Positions 40,101 through 51,658 of a stretch of DNA of 64,000 nt are shown here, one piece after another. Origin of the DNA: Azolla caroliniana (taxonomy: Eukaryota; Plantae; Polypodiophyta); contig JBHGNT010000017.1 of NCBI GenBank assembly GCA_043228905.1, positions 7,936,001 through 8,000,000 of the forward strand, given 5' to 3'. Below the pieces are notes generated by a model. It made no database searches. It was not told the DNA's origin and saw only the letters and a list, made by a program, of their open reading frames with translations. The position numbers and the translations under genes were made by a program. Each line of letters opens with the position of its first letter. Position 1 is the first letter of the stretch.

Positions 40101-40520
40101 TCTCTCTTGAGGAAGTAGAAATGCAAAGAACGACCAAACACCCTCGGATGTTGGGCTTCAAAACAAGTCGACACGGAGTAGAAAAAAGATTAAGAAGATA
40201 AGGGAACGTGAGCTACGTTGACTAGAAGCTATGGTTGGGGTACCTTTTACATTGGGACCATGGGCCACATCCACATCGAAACCCTTTGACCTCCCGCTTC
40301 TCGTCGAGATACTTGGATGGAAATGAAATTAGGCATAGTATAACATCATTTTCATTGTAGAACATGTTTTTTATATAGAACATATTTGTTATTTTACTAG
40401 AATTATTTAGCTTAAAACTCTATCTTAAATTTTTTTTATTATTTTTTATTTTTGATGAATGGGTAAAGATCCCATTTTTTGTTGTAAACCATTTGCCTCA
40501 TGGGCCAATTTTGGCCTCAG
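37137..40520 (+). mobile_element. Non-LTR retrotransposon (RTE-X-like LINE): 5' region fused to ORF2 RT and C-terminal Cys/His domain; ORF1 and endonuclease missing
   Basis: CFVDFRKAFDTVPR, GVKQGCPLSPTLFGIYID, LLYADD at about 38754, and LRISSHQLEIENG…ERLCRLCHIEIEDEYHFTCECPTY. Multiple stops and frameshifts. The 3' end is approximate and the clade call rests on motif resemblance. Confidence 0.85.
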
Positions 40521-40534
40521 AAGACGTTAATATA

Positions 40535-41600
40535 TCTTTCTTGTTTTCTTTCTCTCTCTCCCTCTCTCTCTCCCCAACAACTCGTTGTCGCGTTGTGGCC
40601 ATCAGTCATGCTATCACATAAGAAGATCCACACATCACACACACTCACTCACTCTCTCTCTCTCTCCAACAAATCTCCGTCTCGTTGTTGTCATCTGTTA
40701 TCGTGTTGTCATGTTTCCGTGTTGTTGTATTGTCACCGTTGGTTTTTGTCTGAGTTCTTGTATGTACTATTGTAGAGTGCATCATTGGTGGACCTTTGAG
40801 GTGTGTGCGTTTCACTTTGAATGTGTGCCTTCTTTGGTCAGTTCTTTCGGCGTGTTCATCGCATGCTACGTAAGAACCGATGAAATGCCAATGTGAATGC
40901 GACGCCCACACAAGCTCGGCTAAGTCTTCCACCCATTTCTGTTGTCTTTTTTTATTGACACCAAAATGACATCTAAATGAACTAAAGAACATTAGGAGAT
41001 GCAAGATGAGGCTATAACTAAAGAAGACTTTTTAGATATGTCTAATCGATTAGCAAGAATATAGAATGATATGAGAAAATGGGCAAAAGAAGCCGAAACC
41101 CAAAAGAAAAAAGATAGAGAGGAAAAAGACGCTCTTAAGGCCGAAATAAAGAAACTTAATGTAGAAAACACCAGCATTAAGAAACAACTCAATGACCTCG
41201 AAGTATCTAGGGAAGACAGTGAAATATACTCCATAGAGGATATAAAGGAAGAGATTAAAAAAGTTATTTAGAGGAAGTTAAAAATGACATGGAGTTAGCT
41301 AAAATAGGTTGGTAGACGTAGTAAAATGATACATTAAAAAGGAAATAAAGATGAAAATATTGTTAACACTACCCTTGAAGAAGATAAAATGCGTCAGGCC
41401 AGACGCTTAAATGTATGTGTCACTAGACTCAAGGAAGGTGCACTCCCCGAAGAAGATGCACAAACACTTGGGAAAATCTTCGGGTACACAGAGGCCCTAC
41501 CAATCACCAAAACTTCGAGGGGTGGATGTGACACAACTAGGAAGAGAGCCTTAGTCCTTCAATTTAAAGACGTACAATCTAGAATCACAGTTTTTAAGAA
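40535..41600 (+). mobile_element. Second LINE 5' end: 5' UTR plus degraded ORF1 (coiled coil and RRM-like)
   Basis: 40550-40897 repeats 37140-37536. It is followed by a coiled-coil frame (41071-41271) and RRLNVCVTRLKE…RALVLQF (41389 onward), typical of LINE ORF1. Confidence 0.65.
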
Positions 41601-41870
41601 GACATCACCGACAAAAAGCACTTCAATTAGTGGAAAGGTACATGTGTTTCATTATAGATGGCATGGATCAGAAGACGACTTGTTTGCCACAATTTCAAAG
41701 GTTGTCGAAGGATATTGGAGATGAATGCCTTGTTTGTCGTATTATTAGACAATAAGGGCTCAATTCTTCCTAACATATCCTAATATCCACAATGACCCTA
41801 ATCTTAAAGTGACAGTCATGCAAAGAGTTTTACAGTCTTAGCAAGGTATTCTCCCGCCAGTATTATACGT

Positions 41871-42877
41871 TGTCGTGACGATTTTCGGCAATGGTGTGAA
41901 AATCACATAAAACGTACAAAATCGAGTATGAATCACATAAAACAATAATAGTGAAGATAACATTTTAAATAAGTTTAATATCTAAGTACAAAATGATGGA
42001 GGTCTTCAAGAGCTTTCGAATACACTTTATTACACGAGAAACGAACAACTAGATGTCAAGATATGAGGGTATAAAGTTTGTGAAAGGAAAAGAGAAAACT
42101 GTGAGATATCCCACATAGGCACGACAAATACGGCTCTCATCATATATAAGGTTTTGGCCAACCAAAACCGGACCCGTGATGGAGCCGGTGATCCAGCGGC
42201 AGCCAACAAAGCGACGATGGCACACCGGCAACCGGTGATCCGGCGGAACCGACATCCGGCGAGGTGGTGGCCACCGGTAACCGACGGCATCCGGCACCGG
42301 CGAGGCGACGACATCCGGCTGGAAACCGGCATCTGGCGAATCGGTGACTAGATAAATAAATATATAAATATATATACAAGGAGGGCAAGTAAGGATTCGA
42401 ACCTTGCACCTCCAAGTTAGGAGTCAATTGGCTTACCACTAAGCCAAGATATTTAGTTGAAATTATATTTCTATCATCATACTTTTACATGTAAATGCTT
42501 ATGCATGAGAGCTAAAATGAGTGACATGGTTATCATGCACCACATGTAATACACGAAGCGCCAAATGGCAAACATGCATCATATGCATGGGGGCATCTAT
42601 AAAAGGATGGATGAAAATGTATTATGGATCCATGTATGAACTAAGAAATTCATTGATGATATATCTTGTTTCTTAAATCAAGAGTTACAATCTTAATCTC
42701 AATATCTCTCTCTTGGCCATATCAATCTTTCTCAATCTAAGTCAAGCATTCTCTTTCTCTCTCTCAATCTATCCTAAATACTTTCTCGCCAAGCTTGGTG
42801 CGAACTTCAAGCCTTCCGGTCCAGAACCCCAGCGGTTCCGCCTCGTGATCCTCACCTAGTGACGGATCTTCACCACA
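41871..42877 (+). repeat. Solo LTR (about 1 kb) related to the D/E/F gypsy lineage
   Basis: TGTCGTGA...CACCACA, CTATAAAAGG at about 42597, and GGTTCCGCCTC near the 3' end as in the F LTR. 4-bp TSD ACGT/ACAT. Confidence 0.8.
42381..42448 (-). other. tRNA-like / SINE-head-like sequence with Pol III A and B boxes
   Basis: Minus strand: TGGCTTAGTGG (A box) and GGTTCGAATCC (B box), with D-like and T-like hairpins but no acceptor stem. Confidence 0.6.
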
Positions 42878-42954
42878 ACATGCAACTAGACAACACGGCT
42901 AGAGGAAACAAAAACTCGACTGTGTTTGATTAATTAAGCATGCTAGTAGAGAGG

Positions 42955-43457
42955 TTTCTTGTATACGTATTCGGGTGCAAAGAAACGAGTAAGACAATGC
43001 TTAGATAGAAAAACGAGAAAGTACCAAGACGCAAGATATTTAACGTGGAAAACCCGAATGGGAAAAACCATGTGGAGTCTACAAACTCCAAATTGAACCA
43101 GTATAAGGGGAGGAGTACAACAAGAAGATTCAAGGCAACGACCTTGACCTCTTCTTCGTTGACCGACGGATATAGAGTTGCACACTCCTTCACTCTCTCT
43201 CTCTCACTCACTCTAGTTACGGAGGCAACTACCTTCTCTAACTATACAACAATAATCAACTCATGCACATAAGGTTTCCCCTAGTTGTATTTATACTAAT
43301 ACAACTTTCTGAGCTATTTACACATACAGCCCACAAAGGGCACATTAAGACTAGTTACAAATATAGTCCCTCGGATTGGCTATTAAATCGATTTTCAATT
43401 TTTCGATTTCCAATTCAACTCTCACTCTTCCCATCCAGAGGAACCTGTTTCCCAACA
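42955..43457 (-). repeat. Divergent family-B-like LTR, 3'-truncated
   Basis: The reverse complement starts TGTTGGGAAACAGGTTCCTCTGGATGGGA and has the TATA hairpin and the GGTTTTCCACGT block. No TSD found. Confidence 0.8.
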
Positions 43458-44695
43458 TAGATAACCACTTTGCCAGTTACTAGCCACTCCAATATCAATT
43501 CAAATGGAATATTGTTGTATCATCAATGATGAACACGACTCATTTTCAATCACTAGATAATCCTGACCTGAATAATCTAGTTCGTCCACGACTAAGAGAT
43601 ATTTACGTGGAACCAAAAATATCGCATGCTGCAGAGGCAAGATGGCAAGGCAATTTGCATGAGCGACAAGTTGGTATGTTGGTTGCAACATTAGCTAGGG
43701 GTAATGAGTTGGGCCATCTCTTTTGGATTGCTAAAATCACCGAAATTATTAAAGGATGAACAAGGCAATCAAGTTATGTCCATTGTGGTTCATTGGTATC
43801 ATACCTCTTCCCCATATACATTTATTAGGAAGTACTCTTTAGAAATGGTTAAGGATGTCAGAGGCATAAGTAGAAAGCGGAGAAGAAAGAATGTACCAAG
43901 CATGTCTACTCTCACATTGGATAATGTAGACATACTACTAAATGACTTCTCCTTGACCAAAACAAGCCATTTAAGAAAAACCACAATCAAGATAATAAAA
44001 GAGAAGATACCAAGTGTAAGTCCTGACACATGACAAAGTCGAACCAGGAGCATGCCTCATAATCACGGTGACGTTGGATTGCAATTGGATGAAGACAATG
44101 CCTTGGTTGCTAGTGATGATGAGGATGAGACCTCACAAAGCTCTTCTAGTTCATTGGATGGGTCTAAAGGGGATGGCACTTTGGGAAGTGATTGTTTTGA
44201 TACATGAACTATAAAAAATGTATTTTACATCAAACTGTCGATTCATGAATATGTATAAATATAGGTGGTAGTCCTTTTGTAAATTTTGTACATTCTCTTG
44301 TAAGTTTCGCGTGTCAATTATTTAGGTATTTTTGGACTTAATGTTTGTTGTCCTTAGCCATGGTCCTCCGAGTAGAATAGGGTAAGAACCTGGGGCATCA
44401 AGGCATAGGACCATAACTGAAATTGAGAATGCATGCCTGTCAATTATGATTTCAAGGTTCTGAATTAACCCAAGGGGTTTTACGGAACTTGTATTCGCCA
44501 TCCTTAACCAAAATCAGCAGGCTTCCCAGTGGTCGATGCCGAGTCAGACGCCGGTGGCTTTACTTATTACATTGACTCCATAACCACCATCAATGATGTA
44601 GCTGGTTATTTCCTGTTCCTTGACTATACGATTCACGGTTGGGTTTTGTGTGTTTAGAACCGTGGGTCCTTCACTAGTCACAGAAAAATGAATCA

Positions 44696-44758
44696 TGTTA
44701 ACCGGTCGGCAAGGAAAGTCCAGAATGGAAGAAGGGGATAATTAATAACCGGGAGCTG

Positions 44759-44794
<36 letters not shown>

Positions 44795-47700
44795 TATTAT
44801 GATTTGAGAAGCAAACGGACGGACCCGGAATCGGTATGCCGATCCGGATCCGGACCGGTTCGTAGCCGGTTGCTGGTTGGCACCAGTTTGTACCTAGAGC
44901 CGGAGACCTATAAAAGGGCCCGGTGAGATTGTAATCATTATCGGATAATTAATAGAGTGTTGTTGTTTTGCATCTTAATCATTGTTAATTACCGTTCTGT
45001 GCTAAGTATAATTTATCCTACACGTGTATTGTGACTAATGATCTTGCCGCTTAGTAACCAATTAGGGTTTCATTAATAATCGGTCTAACTTTATCTCACC
45101 GCAACACCCCTTGGGTGAAGTGTCTCAAAGGGACACCCTATATAAGTCCATTGTCCGGCCCTAGCGATAACATAGATTTTGGCGACCACGATTCCTACAC
45201 AAACGCAGCGAACAGCGGCGGGCATGGATGACTAGACCAACAAATGACCCGGTTACGGAACGAGCGAGAAGACTTGCCAAATGATTGCGAAAGCGAGAGG
45301 CTTTCCAACAGGCGGCAGAAGAGATCCGTGCGGATCAGTCATTTTCCAAAGTAATCCGGCAAGTGGCTGCAGAGTCACTCCGCGGGCAGAAGAATTCCCA
45401 ACCGGACGAAGGAAGCAGCTTGAGCAGTCTCCAGGATGCGGAATCAATTCTGCAAGCACTAGCAACAAGGGGAGGCGATTCGGAACCGTTCTCGGCCTTC
45501 GATTCGGATTCGGATGGCGAATGCAGCGCCCATTCGAATTACCGTAGTAGCCACAACACCCCAGACGAACCGAAGGACGAGCAGCCGGATACCTTGCGGA
45601 CATCAGAACTAGAGTTAACAGAACTAGAAGCCCCAGACCGGCAAGTGGCGGAAAGACCTCCAACACCGAAAGAAGAGGAGGAAAGACCTACGACACCAAA
45701 AGAAGAGGAGGACAGACCTCCGACACCGAAAGAAGAGGAGGGAAGACCTCTGACACCACCAGCTCGTGTTCCGACACCAGACGACGACATGTCATTCCAA
45801 TATCCCAAGTACCGGGATGATCTGGACATAGAAGCTCATGTCTATCCATTTCTACAAACATGGGAAGCAAACCATGTATCGCAACACTTGACCGCCGCCA
45901 AAGTAGAACGCTTGAAGATTGCAGAGTTCGGCATGACCTTGGAAGGACCAGCCGCGCGATGGCGCTTGACGCACCCTCCAGGTACCATCACGACATTTCA
46001 GGACTTAAAAACCAGATTTTTACATTTCTTCAACAAGGAGGTGGATCAACAGGAGATGGTCGGCCTATTCTACACCATACGACAGGAACCGACGGAAACC
46101 ATTCAACAATTTGTAATCCGGTTCCAACGAATGCACAACCAGCTAAATCAGGCACCACCGGAAGCAGAGGCTAAAGCAATATTCCTAGCCGCACTCAGGG
46201 AACCCCTGCATACGGTGTGCGCAATGATCGATTTCCACACCAACACGATCGACCAAGTCATAGAACGGGTCAGGGAGATGAAGAAAACAAGCGCATGGCT
46301 AACAATGGGGGCACTCCAACGTACATTACCGACAAAAGACGACCCACGTTTTCGGCAAGCTATACAATGTACGACTTGTCTCAATGTCGGGCACTCGGCA
46401 ATAGAATTTACCATGCGAACACAGTGCATGTTATGCCATTCTAGGGCACAGACAATGGACCGATGCGAATATAACTTGCTGAACCAGCCAGAGGCACTGG
46501 TAAGGCAAATCGAACCCGGGAATAACCGGGAGGAGGAAGAAGAACGTTGACGGCAAGATGAGCGTTACCGGCCGACACAAAATATCTGGAACAGTGATAG
46601 AAAGGACGCTCATGACTGAGATTGGAAGGATAGCTACCAGGATTACAACGGTGAACAATATGAGCGATACAACCGGGATCACTCTCCCGGTTACAACCAA
46701 CGGAGGAAGGATCAAGACAATTATGAAAATCGGCCCCGACAAGGTTACCGGAACAAAAAACGCTTCAATATAAAATGGAACACTAGAAAGGAGGACCGCC
46801 AGTGGCAGCCGGACAAGGGCACACCAAGTACTCAACCGGACAAAGGCCAAGCACCCAACCGACCACCAATAGGACCTCAACCGAGTATCGGAGCGAACGC
46901 GGAATCCAGCAACACTCGGAAAGCATACTGCTACTATTGCGGGCAAGAAGGACATTAGAGTAATCAATGTCCGGTTAAAAGCTACAAGAAAAGACCAGCC
47001 GTAAATATGGTGGTAGCAAAAGTCGCCGACATACAACAAGTCACCATCAGGGCAAAAGGCAAAACAACAGAGTGGGAAACACACGAGGCAATCTAAAAGC
47101 AAGCCACCGAGTGGGTGAAGAAGGCAAATGAGCAGAATGTGGTTGAGCTTGAACAACAAAAGGAGAAACCGGAAGAGGCCACCGACACGATTCAGCCAGA
47201 AAACCCAACATGGCAAGCGTTACAAGAATGTTAGATTACGCTGCCGTTGGGTATTATTACAGCTAGTGCCCGTTTTACGGAAGGGCTGAAATCAGGAATG
47301 ACCACATCAATTCTGTTGCCAGCTCCTGCGTTCTTCTCAAATTCGGAAGAAGGGCCAACAGTGGTGGACACGAATAGTTCGGAAATCACCGCCATCGTCA
47401 AAGGACGAGAACTACCAGGGACGATTGTGGATGGAGGATCGAGCGTGAACGTGATTAGTCTACAGACTTGTAATACCCTGGGAATCCAGGAATGGGAGCC
47501 TTGCCCGTTTTGGCTCCAGATGGCGGATAGAAGTTTGGTAAGACCTACCGGTTTGATACGAGATCTAGACGTAACTATCAGAGGACACGCATTCCGCATT
47601 TCGGTGGTGGTTCTCCAACTCAATGCGCAAGGGGCTTACCCGTTGTTGCTGGGCCGCCCATGGCTAAAAATGGCGCATATCAAACAAAACTGGCGGAAAA

Positions 47701-50700
47701 ACATGATTACCTTCCGGCGAGGAAAGACTAAAGTAAGGGTACCTACCCACCCTCAAGCAAGTACCGGCAAGGAGCTGACACCGCTATATGCAGAAGGGGT
47801 AAACATGCTCGTGGGGCTTGCGGATGAAGAGGTTGACCAATACTTAGAACAAAACCCAAAAATTGTACCCTTATTTGAAATCAATGTGGCAAAAACGGTG
47901 TCACCATATATAACGCAATCGGATGATGCTGGCAAGGAACTGGATCGGGAAGCAATCAGAGAATTACGGCAAGCACAGGAAGCCCTGGAGAGGGAGATGG
48001 CGGTATCCCAACACGTGAAAGCATCCCAGTTAGAGGAAGTGAACTTAGGAACTGGGGACGACGCAAGACCAGTTCATATTGCTAGTGAAATGTCACCGGA
48101 CAACAAGACGGCGATGATCACTTTATTAAAGGAATTCCGGGATGTATTCGCCTGGTCATATGAAGACATGCGGGGTTTGGATCCTCAATTGTACCAACAC
48201 CAGATACATCTCAGTAAGGATGCAAAACCGGTAGCACAACGGCGTCACCGAATGAACCCCAACTATGCGGCCAAGGTCAAAGAGGAAATTAACAAGTTGC
48301 TACGAGTCGGTTTTATCCGACCAATGAGAAAAGCTACATGGTTAAGCCCCATAGTCGTCATGCCGAAAAAAAACGGTAAGATCCGGGTGTGCGTCGACTA
48401 CCGGAAACTCAATGCGGCAACAGTGACCGACGCCTTTCCACTTCCATTTACGGATGGAGTCTTGGACGTAGTAGCTGGTCATGAAGTGTATAGCTTTCTA
48501 GACGGTTTCAGCGGTTACAATCAAATAAGGATGCACCCCGACGACCAAGACAAGACGTTGTTCGTCACCGAATGGGGAGTTTTCATCGTAGTGGTAATGA
48601 TGTTCGGGCTCAAGACCGCGTCGGCGACCTTCCAACGAATAATCATGGAAATATTTGGCAAGTTCATCCTGGCATTCATGCAGATATTCCTGGACGACTT
48701 CGCCATGTATAGCCGAGAAGGAGAACATCTCCAACACCTCCGGCTATGTCTTGAGAAATGCAAGAGTTATTGGTTAAGCCTGAATCCAGCAAAGTGTGTG
48801 TTTGGAGTAACAAGCGGTGCATTGCTGGGCCATCTTGTCAGCAAGGACAGGATCGTGGTAGACCTCGATAAGGTCAAAGCAATCTTATAGGCACCGGCAC
48901 CATCCACAGCCAAAGCTTTGAGTCGGTTTCTAGGGCAAATCTGGCGGCATAGTTGGATGCTCCGGTATTTGGCCGATCTAGCTATACCGTTGCATGCCGC
49001 AGTTCACCAGACACCATTTCAATGGACAAATACGGAGGATGAGGGTTACCAGGCACTGAAAGTACTGCTATCACAATCACCGGTGGTGCAACCACCGGAC
49101 TGGTCAAAAGAATTCCACGTGTTCGTTGATGTGTCCGACATAGCAATCGGTAGCGCACTAATGCAACTGACCGAACCGAAATGGTACCGACCGGTTTATT
49201 ATGCTAGCCGGAAGCTATCCCAAGCAGAACGAAATTATTCAACAACAGAAAGAGAAGCCTTAGGGATGATTTACAGTGTTACCAAGTTCATGCACTATTT
49301 ATTAGGAAGGCATCGCTCATCGGCAAGCTGTCCCAATGGACATTGTTGCTACAAGAGTTTGAGTTCGAAATATATCACCGGCCAGGAATACAGCATGCGG
49401 TTGTCGATTAACTTAGTCAGTTAGATTCCGGCGAGACCAGTGATGGAGTCCCGGATGAGTTTCCGGATGCCGAGTTATTTAAAGTAACAACAGAAATGGC
49501 AGCCGATAGCACGGTAGTCGATGAAGACAAGTGGCTAACCAACATGCATCAATTCCTAAGCACGGGACTCCCACCGGAGGAGATGAACCGGGATGAGCGA
49601 AAGCGGTAGCGACACAAAGCCGACATTTTTGTCTACTACAGGACACCCTATACCACAAAGGCGCAGATGGCATATGGCGGCGAGCAGTGCAAAGCGACGA
49701 AAAGGACACAATATTATGAGAAGCGCACTGTAGCGTTGCCGGAGGGCACTATCCCGGGGACGCTACAGCAAGAAAGATATGGCACAACGGGCTATGGTGG
49801 CCGACGACATTGAAGGACTCAATTCGGTACGCGAAAGTCTGTGATTTATGTCAATGGATGGGCCAACCAACAAAACATGCAAGGATGCCTCACCAGTCGG
49901 TGCCACCCTTAGAACCATTTCAAAAATGGGGGTTGAATTTCGTTGGGCCGTTTAAACCTCCCGCAATGAGAACCGGCAACAGATATGTTATAGTCGCCAC
50001 CGATTATTGCACCAAGTGGGTAGAAGCCAAGGCTTGGCGGGACAACACTGCGGCATCAATGGCAAAGTTCTTATATGAGTACATCTGGTGCCGGTATGGA
50101 TGCCCGATCGAGTTAATTAGCGACCAAGGCGGACATTTTCTCGGTCAAGTAGTGGAAAGCTTAACAACATTCTATGTCGTGGTACACAAGCGTCATACCC
50201 CTTAATATCCACAGGCCAATGGACTGGCCGAATCCACAAACAAAACGCTCCAAAACATCCTGCGAAAGATCGTCAATGAAAACAGGACCGATTGGGACAC
50301 CAAGCAGCATAGTGCACTATGGGCATACCGGACGGCATACAAAACGAGTATCCGGTCAACACCATTCCGGTTAGCATTTGGGCTTGAAGCAGTGATGCCG
50401 ATCGAATTTCAGGTTCCGAGTTTGGGGATACAGGTTAGAGAACGACTAAGTGAAAAGGAATCGGAAAAAATCCAGTTAGCCGCATTATGCGAACTCGAGG
50501 AGCATCGGATAGCAAGTCTCGATGAGAAGGAAGGCATTTGTCGATTGGCACCAGAAGGGCAATGAGAAAAGGTTTGGGATCGGCAAGCCGGTATTGGTGT
50601 TCCAAACCCGGATGGGTCAGATGCCGAGAAAGCTACGGTTCTGGTGGTCCGGACCGTATTGGATAACGCGGGAATTCAATGGTTCTTACCAGCTCGAAAC

Positions 50701-51230
50701 GCTCGCCGGTGAGATAATGGGCATATGGGTCAATGAGTTTTGACTCAAACCATATTGTGGACCTATGCCACAGAATCCGTTCGAGCAAACGAAGGTTGAT
50801 GCAATAGTAGGAAGTAGGAAACAAGTGCCCGACAATCAGGCAGAGCCGGCGTTACCGGATAACGACAAACAGGTGGCCAACAAATGTGAATATGGGGAAA
50901 AACCGGGGTACGGACCCGATGCTTCCGGTTAACTAAAACTCAATAGAAAAAAAAAACTAGAAAAAAGAAAAAAGAACAGGCACTTTGAAAAGGTGTGGTG
51001 GGTGGCTAATTAAAGCCCTTTAAAAAACGCACCACGTGTCAACCGATTGCTATATTAGTACAGGACGTGCATGCGCGGGAATCAAGAAAGGGCGCCACGC
51101 ATGGAGAAAGAAAACCTTTGCCGCACAGAGTCCCTTTCATTTCGCGAACACAGAGATCTCATCGCACACAAGAGATTACGAGTGATCAGGCGAGAGCACG
51201 CAGAACACACAAGCGCAACAATCTTACCAC
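44696..51230 (+). mobile_element. Ty3/gypsy element G (non-chromovirus, Athila/Tat-like), 3'-truncated
   Basis: Probable LTR 44696-45172 (TGTTA...TAACA). PBS TGGCGACCAC at 45180-45189 (tRNA-Arg-like). Gag ORF 45285-46550, protease IVDGGSSVN, RT FAWSYEDM…CVDYRKLN…FLDDF, RNase H NYSTTERE, integrase ISDQGGHF and GPY. No chromodomain is visible. Confidence 0.88.
45651..45758 (+). repeat. 30-bp coding minisatellite (ERPPTPKEEE) x about 3.6 in G gag
   Basis: GAAAGACCTCCAACACCGAAAGAAGAGGAG-type units in tandem. Confidence 0.9.
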
Positions 51231-51234
51231 AACC

Positions 51235-51658
51235 TACCGACTCAGACGACAACAGCCGATCGGCCTACGTCCAATCTGGCTCTCGGCTTCACTCACCCAT
51301 TCGGCCCATGTTGAGCTTGTCACTCAACACTCCCCGTCAAATTCAACTTGAGGTTCCCTATCAAGTTCAACTGGTTCACTACTCTAGCTTCTCCTGACTT
51401 TGAACACACCTCCTTGCTCGCGATCCACGACCCGTTTGGTCCCACGCTCCTCGACCTCCTTGGTTGGCTTGTCTAGTTCCAAGGCCTTCAACAGCCTTCT
51501 CCTTGCCTCTACAGAATTTGTGCCCTTCGACCCCTCAGCTCCTCTATATCAGCGTTGGTTTAGACTACCTCCTTATGCGTTTGGCCTTCATATGATTTGG
51601 CTCATCTGAATCATTCCCGCTGAACAAACCGACTGTCTGCAATTCGTCTCCACCGTTG
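51235..51658 (-). mobile_element. 3' fragment of copia family C (tail, PPT, start of 3' LTR at 51329)
   Basis: The reverse complement reads AACCTCAAGTTGAATTTGACGGGGAG TGTTGAGTGACAAGCTCAACATGGG, and the upstream sequence matches the C1 tail at 35720-35810. Confidence 0.8.

Larger units (their letters stand above)
41601..44207 (+). pseudogene. Relic DDD/E DNA transposase (Sola-like), split into 41601-41870, 42882-42954 and probably 43458-44207
   Basis: YMCFIIDGMDQKTTCLP … NDPNL … LPPVLYV|QLDNTARGNKN … SMLVER is continuous across the 41871-42877 insertion. The downstream FWIAKI…VVHWY segment is assigned by position only. Confidence 0.65.

Noticed and set aside
42381-42448. Functional tRNA gene
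   Set aside because: There is no acceptor stem and the anticodon arm is non-canonical. Kept only as tRNA-like.
44672-44695. CACTAGTCACAGAAAAATG as a CACTA transposon end
   Set aside because: Only about 24 bp lie before the G LTR. There is no partner TIR, subterminal repeat or transposase in the window.
44763-44790. (TA)n and other microsatellites (17691 TG, 31655 GTT)
   Set aside because: Ordinary simple repeats within LTRs with no further structure.
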